From IMG/VR virus record IMGVR_UViG_2778261175_000003: a stretch of 37,236 nt of DNA. One strand, written 5' to 3'. Below, piece by piece: positions 1 through 8,003 of the stretch. Position 1 is the stretch's first letter; every line of letters begins with the position of its first letter. This DNA is from a virus. Taxonomy: Duplodnaviria > Heunggongvirae > Uroviricota > Caudoviricetes. Made by a program: the position numbers and the translations under genes. The notes under the pieces are model-generated. The model did not search any database and had not been told where the DNA came from. It was given only the letters and a program-made list of their open reading frames with translations.

Positions 1-141
1 TTACTGCTTACACTGTAAGAACGCCGCAAACTCCGCTCCCCAGAATCTCATCCGTATTTCGCACAGCGAACCGTGCAACATCCAGATGATGAGGATTGCC
101 GTCACGCAGAACGTGATGGCCGTAAGCGATTTTTGCGACAT
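1..141 (-). CDS. Hok/Gef/PndA-family type I toxin, 46 aa (MSQKSLTAITFCVTAILIIWMLHGSLCEIRMRFWGAEFAAFLQCKQ)
   Basis: Hand translation of the minus strand from ATG (rc of 139-141) to TAA (rc of 1-3). One N-terminal TM helix then SLCEIR...E.AAFL.CK, matching the conserved C-terminal motif of Hok and PndA as recalled. Too short for the ORF track. Confidence 0.65.
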   Translation of the reverse strand: MSQKSLTAITFCVTAILIIWMLHGSLCEIRMRFWGAEFAAFLQCKQ

Positions 142-271
142 AGCACTTGCTCCTTTTCCGGAGAGGCGCTAACCTTTCACTTGTCAAGGTAATGCGGTTA
201 GGGCCTCGGTTAAACAGAAACGTTTTCCGGGGCCTTTCCACATCTGGCCTTCGGGTATTCCCTCCGACCAT
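8..271 (-). CDS. Mok-like overlapping leader frame (87 codons) spanning the hok-like ORF in another frame
   Basis: ORF track entry; starts upstream of and overlaps the toxin ORF in a different frame, as mok does for hok in plasmid R1. No protein similarity recognised; probably regulatory rather than a functional protein. Confidence 0.3.
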   Translation of the reverse strand: MVGGNTRRPDVERPRKTFLFNRGPNRITLTSERLAPLRKRSKCYVAKIAYGHHVLRDGNPHHLDVARFAVRNTDEILGSGVCGVLTV

Positions 272-331
272 CAGCCGAAAGGCACCCGCGCGTAATCTAT
301 CTCTTTTTTGTTACTCCGGCAATTCTGCCTG

Positions 332-592
332 TTAATTTTGAGGTAAGGGCAAACTCATCTGATTGTTTCCTTTGTGTGAAGCTGGCAGTTCATGCCACGG
401 GATACCTTCTGAAGAGTGAGCGCCGGAGGCGTGTTTCGATGTGAATTTATGGAAAGCTTCCAGTGTTGAGAAGCATACACCGCATTCTAGGTTGTTACAT
501 TGGTAATACTTTTGCCGCACGGTGTTTGAATCATTTTCCGGACGACTGGTGCGGATTCGGGCAGATGCGCCACAAAGCGGACAACGGAACAT
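332..592 (-). CDS. ogr: Ogr/Delta-family zinc-finger late transcription activator
   Basis: N-terminus MFRCPLCGASARIRTS...YYQCNNLEC matches the P2 Ogr C4 zinc-finger pattern (CPLC...C..C); location next to D as in P2. Confidence 0.85.
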   Translation of the reverse strand: MFRCPLCGASARIRTSRPENDSNTVRQKYYQCNNLECGVCFSTLEAFHKFTSKHASGAHSSEGIPWHELPASHKGNNQMSLPLPQN

Positions 593-802
593 AGCGACCT
601 CCCTTACTGTGGTGCTTCCGCTATTCTAAGTTGTACTGATACAGATTCCAATTAACAGCTTGTCTTGTGTGAAAAGTGGAAGTTCACAATTGTGATAGCC
701 ATTACTAACGTTGTGATGTATTAGTCAACGGGAAACAAGGCATCTGTAACATATCTATGGATATGTTATATTATTGTTGCCATAGGAAAAACCCGCTTTA
801 AA
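593..802. promoter_or_regulatory. AT-rich divergent intergenic region between ogr and the hxs cassette with two palindromes (TCACAATTGTGA at 684-695; ACATATC-N4-GATATGT at 749-766)
   Basis: Perfect inverted repeats read directly from the sequence; the second lies about 37 bp upstream of the first hxs start. Function as operator or promoter is inferred. Confidence 0.3.
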
Positions 803-1117
803 GTGGTTGCTGATCATGAATATTTGTATTGGAAGATAATTGCAATGAGCGAAAGAGTGTTTGAGAAAGAACTATATTCTGAATGGGTTATACGCAATAG
901 TCTATATTGGATGACTCCGCTTACTCGATGGAAACTCCATGAAGACGTTTCCCACTGGATAATCTCTTTTGAAAACGATAATCCCAAATTCCTTTATGAA
1001 TTCGATAGGCTGCTTAATGATTACTCTTTGCGAGAAAAGCTACAGCATAAAACAGGGGCGTTGAGAGACTCTATTGTCCATAAAGTGCTTCGCAGTGTTG
1101 ATGAGAGGCTTTCATAA
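803..1117 (+). CDS. hxsD: Small protein at the head of the Hxs cassette, HxsD-like by position
   Basis: ORF track (GTG start at 803; alternative ATG at 845). Stop overlaps the start of the next gene (TAATGG). Assignment by operon context only. Confidence 0.45.
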   Translation: MVADHEYLYWKIIAMSERVFEKELYSEWVIRNSLYWMTPLTRWKLHEDVSHWIISFENDNPKFLYEFDRLLNDYSLREKLQHKTGALRDSIVHKVLRSVDERLS

Positions 1118-2505
1118 TGGAATTGATGCCATTTAATTTTGACAGATTGCCTAATGGACAGGTGTTTATAAGCAACCTTGCAGGTTTTCATCATTTCATT
1201 GGTGAGCAAGACCTTATTGATCTTTCTGATGAGCGAATTAGTTCGGAGCAATCAAACGTGCTAGAAAGTAAGCTTTTCATAACCAGTGAAAGCTCATCTG
1301 CTATAACTCCCTATGCTTTAAGTTCTGCTTTTGCAAAACGATTGATGAATGAACTGGCTGTCAGGCCAATTTTCATGATTGTACCCACATTACGTTGTGA
1401 CCATACATGCAAGTATTGCCAGGTTAGTAGAGCTTCTGTTAATGCCTCAGGTTACGACCTAAATCCTGAGCTCATCCCCGATATTATTTCGGCTATTAAA
1501 AAACTATCAACGCCACCTTACAAAATAGAGATACAGGGTGGGGAGCCTCTCTTGCGGTTTGATTTAATTCAGAACATCTATGATCAATGTGCTGAAACGC
1601 TGGGAAGAACCAATTTTGAGATGGTGGTGGCATCAAGTCTGTCTGTCTTGAATGAGGATATGATTGAATGGTCGAGAGACCGGAACATAACGTTCTCTGT
1701 GTCGCTTGATGGTGAGGAAGTTGTTCACAACAGTAATCGAATTCTTGGTCGTGGGCTTGCGTACAGTAGAACAGTGTCAGGGGTAGAGGCTATCAAACAC
1801 TCTTTAGGTGCTGGCCGCGTTGCAACGGTTACTACAGTTACTAAAGAGCTTATCAGACGTCCTGAATCGATTGTTCAGGCTCACTTGTCTCTTGGGCTCA
1901 AGGACATGTTTATCCGACCTGTTAGTCCCTATGGGTTTGCACAAAAAGCTTCTTTCACCTTTTCTATGGACGAATACTTCAGCTTCTATGCCTCGTTGAT
2001 AGATGAAATCCTTAAGATTAATAATGAAGGGATAAGGGTTGTGGAACATTCGGCCTCCATTCATCTGAAAAGGATCTTCAATCCCGGTTTTAGTGGCTAT
2101 GCGGATTTAAAGTCTCCAAGTGGAGTCGTGCTTAACAGTATTCTTTTCAATTATGACGGTCGAGTATATGGTAGCGATGAGAGCCGTATGTTGCAGAAGG
2201 TGAATCCTGAAACGGAGTTCAGTGCGGGTGAAGTTAAGACGCTATCATTTTCTGATAGTCCTTACTATAACGCAGTATTGACTTCATCGTTCAATTTTGC
2301 TCTGCCAGGTTGTGATACATGTGCATATCAACCATTTTGTGGTTCAGATCCATGCCAGAACATAAGTGTACAGGGTGAGCCTGTCGGCGATAGGAGTCGT
2401 TCAACGTTTTGTCAATATCACAAGGGGATGTTCAGGTATCTGATGAACTGCATCTCAGAGGGTGGTTCGAAGGCTGAGATGCTAAAAGGATGGGCATATG
2501 TCTGA
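1117..2505 (+). CDS. hxsB: Radical SAM/SPASM-type maturase, HxsB-like (462 aa)
   Basis: CxxxCxxC motif (CDHTCKYC) about 95 aa from the N-terminus, C-terminal Cys cluster (CDTCAYQPFCGSDPCQ) typical of SPASM/twitch domains; GGEPLL motif; translationally coupled to neighbours. B versus C naming is by size and order, from memory of the TIGRFAMs Hxs families. Confidence 0.75.
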   Translation: MELMPFNFDRLPNGQVFISNLAGFHHFIGEQDLIDLSDERISSEQSNVLESKLFITSESSSAITPYALSSAFAKRLMNELAVRPIFMIVPTLRCDHTCKYCQVSRASVNASGYDLNPELIPDIISAIKKLSTPPYKIEIQGGEPLLRFDLIQNIYDQCAETLGRTNFEMVVASSLSVLNEDMIEWSRDRNITFSVSLDGEEVVHNSNRILGRGLAYSRTVSGVEAIKHSLGAGRVATVTTVTKELIRRPESIVQAHLSLGLKDMFIRPVSPYGFAQKASFTFSMDEYFSFYASLIDEILKINNEGIRVVEHSASIHLKRIFNPGFSGYADLKSPSGVVLNSILFNYDGRVYGSDESRMLQKVNPETEFSAGEVKTLSFSDSPYYNAVLTSSFNFALPGCDTCAYQPFCGSDPCQNISVQGEPVGDRSRSTFCQYHKGMFRYLMNCISEGGSKAEMLKGWAYV

Positions 2506-3610
2506 GGTTATCAGGAACGATATCTTTCATTTTGCTTCTACAGAGAACGTGCCCACGGGGTTCTATCGGTTATGCAAACAAAAACCAGTGAACCCTTTAT
2601 TCTTTTTGCCCAATTTGCTAGTAGTTGCTGAGGGCAATAATGATGCCATTCCACCATGCTTTGATTTCTCTGTTATTAGCACTGAATTATTTGAGTCAAT
2701 TGAAGATGGAGATATTGGGATAATCAACAATGGCAATATGATACGCGTTATTCTGTCACGCAAAGCCAACCATAATACTGTCTTAGTTACGGAACGCTGC
2801 AATAACTTGTGTCTGTTTTGTTCGCAGCCACCAAAGAAAATAAATGATGACTGGCTACTTACCCAATCAGCTCTTGCTATAGCTTCATTTGGCTTGAACG
2901 GAGTTGTTGGGGTCAGCGGTGGTGAACCTTTGCTATATGGGGATGACTTCCTTCACTTCATTGATTTTATCATCGAGAATTCACCAGATACTGCTTTACA
3001 TGTTTTAACAAACGGACGCAAATTTGCTGATACCAACTTTACACAGGAAATGGCAAAGCGAAGCAAAAAGATCAAAATCACCTTTGGTATCCCGCTCTAC
3101 TCATCAAGACCACTTGTGCATGATCATCTGGTAGGGAGTGATGGCGCATTTAATGAAACGGTTAAAGGGTTAATCAATGCAGGAAACTTGGGGATTAATA
3201 TCGAACTTAGAGTTATTCCTACACTGGCTAACTATACCGAATTGGATGATATCGTAGAATTCGCTGGCCGTGTGTTCTCCAACATCAATCAGATTTCCCT
3301 TATGGGGTTGGAGCCTATCGGTTGGGCACGAAAAAACTGGTCCACCATCTTCATTGATCACAGTAGTTATAGTGAGAAAATAATCTCTGCCATAGACGCT
3401 GCATACAGGTCAGGCATACCTCTGACAATTTTTAATTATCCTTTGTGTTATCTTCCTGAAAGGGCTAGGGAGCTTGCTGTTCAGTCGATCTCTGATTGGA
3501 AAAATTACTATCCAAAAGAATGTGATGAATGTACTCAGAAGCCTTCCTGTGCTGGCTATTTCAGTTCCTCAAAAGGCCGTTTTCATCAATCACCGAGACC
3601 AATTTTATGA
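2498..3610 (+). CDS. hxsC: Second radical SAM/SPASM-type maturase, HxsC-like (370 aa)
   Basis: CxxxCxxC (CNNLCLFC), GGEPLL motif, C-terminal Cys cluster (CDECTQKPSC). Start ATGTCTGA overlaps the hxsB stop; its stop overlaps the hxsA start (ATGA). Confidence 0.75.
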   Translation: MSEVIRNDIFHFASTENVPTGFYRLCKQKPVNPLFFLPNLLVVAEGNNDAIPPCFDFSVISTELFESIEDGDIGIINNGNMIRVILSRKANHNTVLVTERCNNLCLFCSQPPKKINDDWLLTQSALAIASFGLNGVVGVSGGEPLLYGDDFLHFIDFIIENSPDTALHVLTNGRKFADTNFTQEMAKRSKKIKITFGIPLYSSRPLVHDHLVGSDGAFNETVKGLINAGNLGINIELRVIPTLANYTELDDIVEFAGRVFSNINQISLMGLEPIGWARKNWSTIFIDHSSYSEKIISAIDAAYRSGIPLTIFNYPLCYLPERARELAVQSISDWKNYYPKECDECTQKPSCAGYFSSSKGRFHQSPRPIL

Positions 3611-4242
3611 AAAAGTTTAATTTTGCTGCTCTACTTCCGGGATTTTTGGCTCTCAACAATTCTGTATGGGCAAGCGATTCATCTACAGGAGCGAGTGATT
3701 TACCTGGTATGACTCTTAATGAGCATGATTTAGTGATAGCTCCACTTAACACGGAAGTCCCATTTTATATCGCAGGGCATCGAAGCCATAGTTCTCATAG
3801 GAGCCATAGCTCTCATAGATCCTCATCAGGTGGTGGATACTATGGTGGAAGTACCCCCTATTATCCAAAAACATACAGCTCACCAAGTTCATCTGGTTCT
3901 TCAAGTTCAGGTGCAAGTTCCTCATCGTCCTCTTCCTCGGTGCGTGCACTTCGTTCTAACGATAATAATAGAACCACTAACACGAGTTCTGTTGGAACTT
4001 CAGAGGTTAACCGTACGAGTAATGGGCTTGCTTCTGATGCAGAGAAACGTAAGCGATTGATTATGCGAGTTCAGTTCGCATTGCTGGACAGGGGATTTTA
4101 TAACGGAAATATTGACGGCATAATGGGGCCATCCACAAGGCTGTCTGTGAAAAATTACCGCATTGCGAATGGATTACCGATTCCTGCAACTGAAACACTC
4201 GACACACAATTGTTAAATTCTTTGAATATATTAGCTCGCTAA
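3607..4242 (+). CDS. hxsA: His-Xaa-Ser repeat protein HxsA-like: signal peptide, (HxS)x5, Ser-rich linker, C-terminal peptidoglycan-binding-like domain
   Basis: Start taken at MKKFNFAALLPGFLALNNSVWA (ATG 3607) rather than the track start 3529. Contains HRSHSSHRSHSSHRS, a poly-Ser tract and a C-terminal segment (RVQFALLDRGFYNGNIDGIMGPSTRLSVKNYRIANGLP) resembling PG_binding_1 domains. Confidence 0.75.
   Translation: MKKFNFAALLPGFLALNNSVWASDSSTGASDLPGMTLNEHDLVIAPLNTEVPFYIAGHRSHSSHRSHSSHRSSSGGGYYGGSTPYYPKTYSSPSSSGSSSSGASSSSSSSSVRALRSNDNNRTTNTSSVGTSEVNRTSNGLASDAEKRKRLIMRVQFALLDRGFYNGNIDGIMGPSTRLSVKNYRIANGLPIPATETLDTQLLNSLNILAR
3778..3822 (+). repeat. Coding tandem repeat encoding five His-Xaa-Ser units
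   Basis: DNA reads cat-cga-agc-cat-agt-tct-cat-agg-agc-cat-agc-tct-cat-aga-tcc; position derived from codon arithmetic in the hxsA frame. Confidence 0.8.
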
Positions 4243-4406
4243 ATCTCAGTGAGGTATAAATAAAAAGCAATAAATTATATTAGTCGCGCGTCCATTATTG
4301 GTGGGTAAGTTCAAGGACCGTCTGCTCTGTGTCAGGGGCAGATGGTCAGATAAGACTGTGCCGTTTAGCCCGCTAGTACGTGTCTGGACTAATACATTTA
4401 AGAGTC

Positions 4407-5516
4407 TCATTCTGCTATCCATTCCGGGATTTTTGCCTCAAGCTCAAGCTGTGTGGTAAAGCCGCTGTTATCAATGGTGTGCTCGGCTTTTGCAATAATC
4501 CAGTCCTGATTATCAATCTCGCTTTTAAATCCTGTTACCGTGCCATGCATTTCGGGGTAGAGTTCTGCACGCCCACGTGCCAGCGTGATGGAAAATGATG
4601 CGGCTCCGCGTTGTAGCTGCTGCCACTTTGCCGCCGCTGCGCGTCTTGCTGCCTGCTCGTTTTTAAACGTTTTGCGCATGACGTATACATTGCCGTCTGC
4701 GCCCTCCATGTAATCCCCCTCGCGGCTGCTGCTTTTCTCCTTTTTTGTTTTTTGGGCAGAACCACGTTTCGTCACGCTGACTTTTTTCTTTTTGCCATAG
4801 TCCAGGTCCAGCCAGTAAGCGCGTACCCCCGTGTACGCCTGCCGGTCTGCAATGCGGAAGTGATGGCTGTCACCGCTGCTGCGGGTGATGGCGAATGAGG
4901 GCAGCGGCTTTCCGCTGGCGCTCACCCCCTGTCCGGGCACGATGAAAAGCAGTGCGCCGTTCTTGACGGTGGCTATGGCTCCCAGCATGTCTGCCATACG
5001 CGTGAGAAACGAGATGTCACTTTCCTCCGTCTGGTCGGCGTGGTCGATTTCCACCTCTGCCAGCGAGGCGCTGATTTGCGCCTTCAGCCCGTAGCGGTAC
5101 GCGATGGCAGAAACAACCTGCCCCACCGTCACGTCATGCCAGGACACTTCACGCTTCACGTTGAACTCCTGCCGGAAGTCTGCGCTGCTGGCCGTGATGG
5201 TGAGCCTGTCCGGTGGTCCCTCATGTGTCACCTCGTCAACGATGAAGGTTCCTTTGTCCATCAGTGCCTCACCTTTCCAGCCCAGCGCCAGACCCAGCGT
5301 CTGTCCGCGCTTCGGGAGCTGCACGCTGCCGTCGCAGTCGTCAATCGTGAGGGTTAACTGGTCTGCCTCAAATCCCCGGTTGTCGGTCATCGCCAGCGAG
5401 ATGACCCGTCGGGTCAGCGCCGCGTTTTCCGTGCCCTTAACCGTGATGGAAAAATCAGGGATCTTCACGCACTCTGACAGACCGTTCAGGTATCCGCTTA
5501 CGTCCGCAGGGTTCAT
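4407..5516 (-). CDS. D: Tail protein D (late control gene D family)
   Basis: Protein resembles P2 gpD. Start placed at MNPADVSG (ATG at 5514-5516, GGAGA RBS upstream) rather than the track GTG at 5699. Confidence 0.85.
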   Translation of the reverse strand: MNPADVSGYLNGLSECVKIPDFSITVKGTENAALTRRVISLAMTDNRGFEADQLTLTIDDCDGSVQLPKRGQTLGLALGWKGEALMDKGTFIVDEVTHEGPPDRLTITASSADFRQEFNVKREVSWHDVTVGQVVSAIAYRYGLKAQISASLAEVEIDHADQTEESDISFLTRMADMLGAIATVKNGALLFIVPGQGVSASGKPLPSFAITRSSGDSHHFRIADRQAYTGVRAYWLDLDYGKKKKVSVTKRGSAQKTKKEKSSSREGDYMEGADGNVYVMRKTFKNEQAARRAAAAKWQQLQRGAASFSITLARGRAELYPEMHGTVTGFKSEIDNQDWIIAKAEHTIDNSGFTTQLELEAKIPEWIAE

Positions 5517-5588
5517 CGCAATTTCTCCGTCTGTGTCTTCGTACGGCGAAATACTCCCACGCGCACGGAGGCGCTGTAATCCTGCGTA

Positions 5589-5614
5589 TGTTGTCGGAGA
5601 GCGGCGAGAACAGG
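5589..5614 (+). promoter_or_regulatory. Candidate late-promoter activator element TGTTGTCGGAGAGCGGCGAGAACAGG upstream of FI
   Basis: Near-identical 26-nt element recurs upstream of P (24183-24208); each lies about 60-80 bp upstream of a late-gene start and carries TGT...ACA ends reminiscent of the Ogr-dependent P2 late promoter motif. Spacing differs from the canonical TGT-N12-ACA. Confidence 0.4.
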
Positions 5615-5678
5615 CAGCGCGTGAATGCGGGGCTGTTTTTCGGGAGGATGTCGCCACACAAAACACCAGGAGGTGCTC

Positions 5679-6860
5679 ATGAGTGAAACACGCTTTCACG
5701 GTGCACGCGTCAAAGAAAACACCGACCTCGTGACCGCGATTAATGACATTGATTCCAGTGTCATCGGTATCGTGGCCACGGCGGACGATGCAGACAGCGA
5801 CGCGTTCCCGTTAAACAAGCCCGTATTGATCACCCGCGTGGCGAATGTGCTGGGTAAGGCAGGCACAACAGGCACGCTGTACAAAACGCTCAAGGCGATT
5901 TCCGACCAGACCAGCCCGAAGGTTATCGTGGTGCGTGTGGCAGAAGCCGGAGAGGAAGGTGAGACACAGGATCAGCTTGTCATTGGTGGCTCGCAGGCTG
6001 ACGGCAGCTACACGGGCATGTATGCCCTGCTGGTTGCTGAACAGGACGAGAGCATTGGTTACCGCCCGCGCATTCTGGCGGCTCCCGGCCTGGATACCGA
6101 AGCAGTCACATCCGCCCTGTGCGTCATTGCGGACAAGCTCCGCGCCTTTGTGTACGCCGGATGTAACGGGTGCGACACGATGGCGGAGGCAATCACTTAC
6201 CGTGCGAAGTTCTCCGCGCGTGAGCTGATGCTGCTGTGGCCTGACTTCATTGCCTACAACCCGGTGAGCGGAAATAACGAAACATTTCCGGCAGCGGCGT
6301 ATGCGTGCGGGTTGCGTGCGCGGATTGACAGTGAACAGGGCTGGCACAAGTCACTGTCCAACGTGGCGCTGAAAAATGTTCTCGGTATGTCGCAGCAGGT
6401 GTTCTGGTCGTTGCAGGCCGAAGACAGTGATGCGAACAACCTGAACAACAAGGAAATCACCACGATTATTCGCCGTAACGGCTTCCGCTTCTGGGGGAAC
6501 CGTACTGCCGAAACCAGCGACTACATCTTTGAGGTGTACACGCGCACAGCGCAGATTCTGGCAGATACCATCGCTGAGGCGCAGTTCGAAACCATTGACG
6601 AACCGCTGACCCCGGCGAACGTGAAGGACGTGATTAGCGCCATCCGCGCAAAACTCAACGCCCTGGTGACGGCCGGGAAACTCATCGGTGCGGAGTGCTG
6701 GTATGACGTGCTGGACAACGGCACGACGGATTTGCGTCAGGGGCGCGTGCGCATCCGTTATAAGTACACGCCAGTGCCGCCGATGGAAGATCTGACGCTG
6801 TATCAGACCTTCACGGATGAGTATTTCGACTCCGCTTTTGCAACGCTGGGAGGTGCGTAA
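5679..6860 (+). CDS. FI: Contractile tail sheath protein
   Basis: Strong similarity to P2 gpFI (e.g. FPLNKPVLIT, ELMLLWPDF, RRNGFRFWGNRT, YKYTPVPPMEDLTL). Start at ATG 5679 with AGGAGG RBS. Confidence 0.9.
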   Translation: MSETRFHGARVKENTDLVTAINDIDSSVIGIVATADDADSDAFPLNKPVLITRVANVLGKAGTTGTLYKTLKAISDQTSPKVIVVRVAEAGEEGETQDQLVIGGSQADGSYTGMYALLVAEQDESIGYRPRILAAPGLDTEAVTSALCVIADKLRAFVYAGCNGCDTMAEAITYRAKFSARELMLLWPDFIAYNPVSGNNETFPAAAYACGLRARIDSEQGWHKSLSNVALKNVLGMSQQVFWSLQAEDSDANNLNNKEITTIIRRNGFRFWGNRTAETSDYIFEVYTRTAQILADTIAEAQFETIDEPLTPANVKDVISAIRAKLNALVTAGKLIGAECWYDVLDNGTTDLRQGRVRIRYKYTPVPPMEDLTLYQTFTDEYFDSAFATLGGA

Positions 6861-7376
6861 ATGGCTGTACCACGTTACGTTCGCCAGTTCACGCTGTTTG
6901 TGAACGGCAAAAACAAAATCGGCACGGTGACAGGCATCACTCTGCCCAAGCTGACCCGAAAAACCGAAGCCTATCGCGGTGGCGGGATGCTGGGTGCGGT
7001 GCATATTGACCTCGGACTGGATGACGGCGCACTGGATGCCTCGTTCACCACCGGTGGGGTTGAAAAAGAGCTGCTCCAGGAATACGCCACTGACATTAAC
7101 GAAGTGGCGCTGCGCTTTGTGGGTGAGCTGTTCACCGATGGTGAGGAAAGTCAGCTCCTTGAGGTGGAGATGCGCGGACGCATCACGGAAATCGACCGTG
7201 GCGAAACCAAACAGGGCGACACCACGCAGTACACCTTCGCCGTCAAAAACACCTACTACAAGGAGTCGGTGGATGACAGCGATGTGACAGAAATCGACCT
7301 GCTGAACTTCATCTACAAAAAAGACGGCCAGAACGTCTTTGGTGACCGCGTGAGTTCGGCGCTCGGTCTGAACTGA
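6861..7376 (+). CDS. FII: Tail tube protein
   Basis: Position directly after FI, size (171 aa) and similarity to P2 gpFII. Confidence 0.85.
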   Translation: MAVPRYVRQFTLFVNGKNKIGTVTGITLPKLTRKTEAYRGGGMLGAVHIDLGLDDGALDASFTTGGVEKELLQEYATDINEVALRFVGELFTDGEESQLLEVEMRGRITEIDRGETKQGDTTQYTFAVKNTYYKESVDDSDVTEIDLLNFIYKKDGQNVFGDRVSSALGLN

Positions 7377-7422
7377 CAGCATTAACAGGGCGGCACATTG
7401 TGCCGCCACAGGAGAAAGAAAA

Positions 7423-7839
7423 ATGGCAGCAAAGAAAGATGACATCATGAACAGCGAAATCGTCGCAGGTGACACCACCACTGAAAACATCGATGTGGCA
7501 GAGGAAAACACTGCGGATAACGCAGAAGCCGCAGAGGAAAAAACGGGGGTGAAGTTATCCTGCCCGGTGGTGCGTGGCGAACGCGTTATTGACTACGTGG
7601 AGATTGGCGAGGAAATCCGTCAGGCAGGCTCGTTGCGCGGGCTGTCTCTGATTGAGGTGCTGAACCTCAAAACGGATCCGATGATGACGCTGCTTTCGCG
7701 CGTGACCGCACCACGCCTGAAACTGGCAGAAATTCAGTCACTGTCCACCGGTGATTTCGTGGCGCTGGCGACTATGGCTGCGAATTTTTTTGCTCCCACG
7801 GAGTCTGCGAAACCGTCCGTGGCGGTGATGGAAGCGTAA
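7423..7839 (+). CDS. E: Tail assembly chaperone E
   Basis: Position between FII and the tape measure gene; acidic N-terminus; ends shortly after a T7 slippery run. Confidence 0.8.
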   Translation: MAAKKDDIMNSEIVAGDTTTENIDVAEENTADNAEAAEEKTGVKLSCPVVRGERVIDYVEIGEEIRQAGSLRGLSLIEVLNLKTDPMMTLLSRVTAPRLKLAEIQSLSTGDFVALATMAANFFAPTESAKPSVAVMEA

Positions 7840-8003
7840 TCACGCTGGCGAAGTTCGACAACGTTGAAGAACTGGTCGCTGATATAGCAGTCGTGTTTAA
7901 CTGGTCGCCCGGCGAGATATTCTCAATGCCTCTCGTCGAGGTGATGAGCTGGCGTGAGCGGGCGGCGCAACGTAGCGGAGTCCGCAACAGTGAAATCCCT
8001 TGA
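7423..8003 (+). CDS. E+E' fusion produced by programmed -1 frameshift at T_TTT_TTT (7785-7791)
   Basis: Hand translation of the -1 frame from 7791 gives an open 70-codon extension (..ITLAKFDNVEELVADIAVVFNWSPGEIFSMPLVEVMSWRERAAQRSG..) ending at TGA 8001-8003 and overlapping the T start, as in P2 E/E'. Confidence 0.7.

Noticed and set aside
272-331. Attachment site (attR) core between hok-like ORF and ogr
   Set aside because: Could not find a match to the P2 attP core as I recall it, or any repeat that could be paired with the other end, which lies outside the window.
3529-3606. Upstream extension of hxsA from the track start at 3529
   Set aside because: Would overlap the end of hxsC in another frame and place 26 residues before a classic signal peptide; ATG at 3607 with ATGA coupling is preferred.
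4380-4598. 72-aa plus-strand ORF overlapping the 3' end of D
   Set aside because: Antisense to the well-supported D gene and starts in the convergent intergenic region; likely spurious.
5517-5678. Canonical P2 TGT-N12-ACA Ogr box in the D/FI intergenic region
   Set aside because: No exact TGT-N12-ACA found; a longer conserved element is reported instead as a candidate.
6351-7511. 386-aa ORF on the minus strand antisense to FI/FII
   Set aside because: Lies entirely opposite two strongly supported structural genes in GC-rich DNA; typical shadow ORF with a low-complexity Val/Arg/Gln-rich product.
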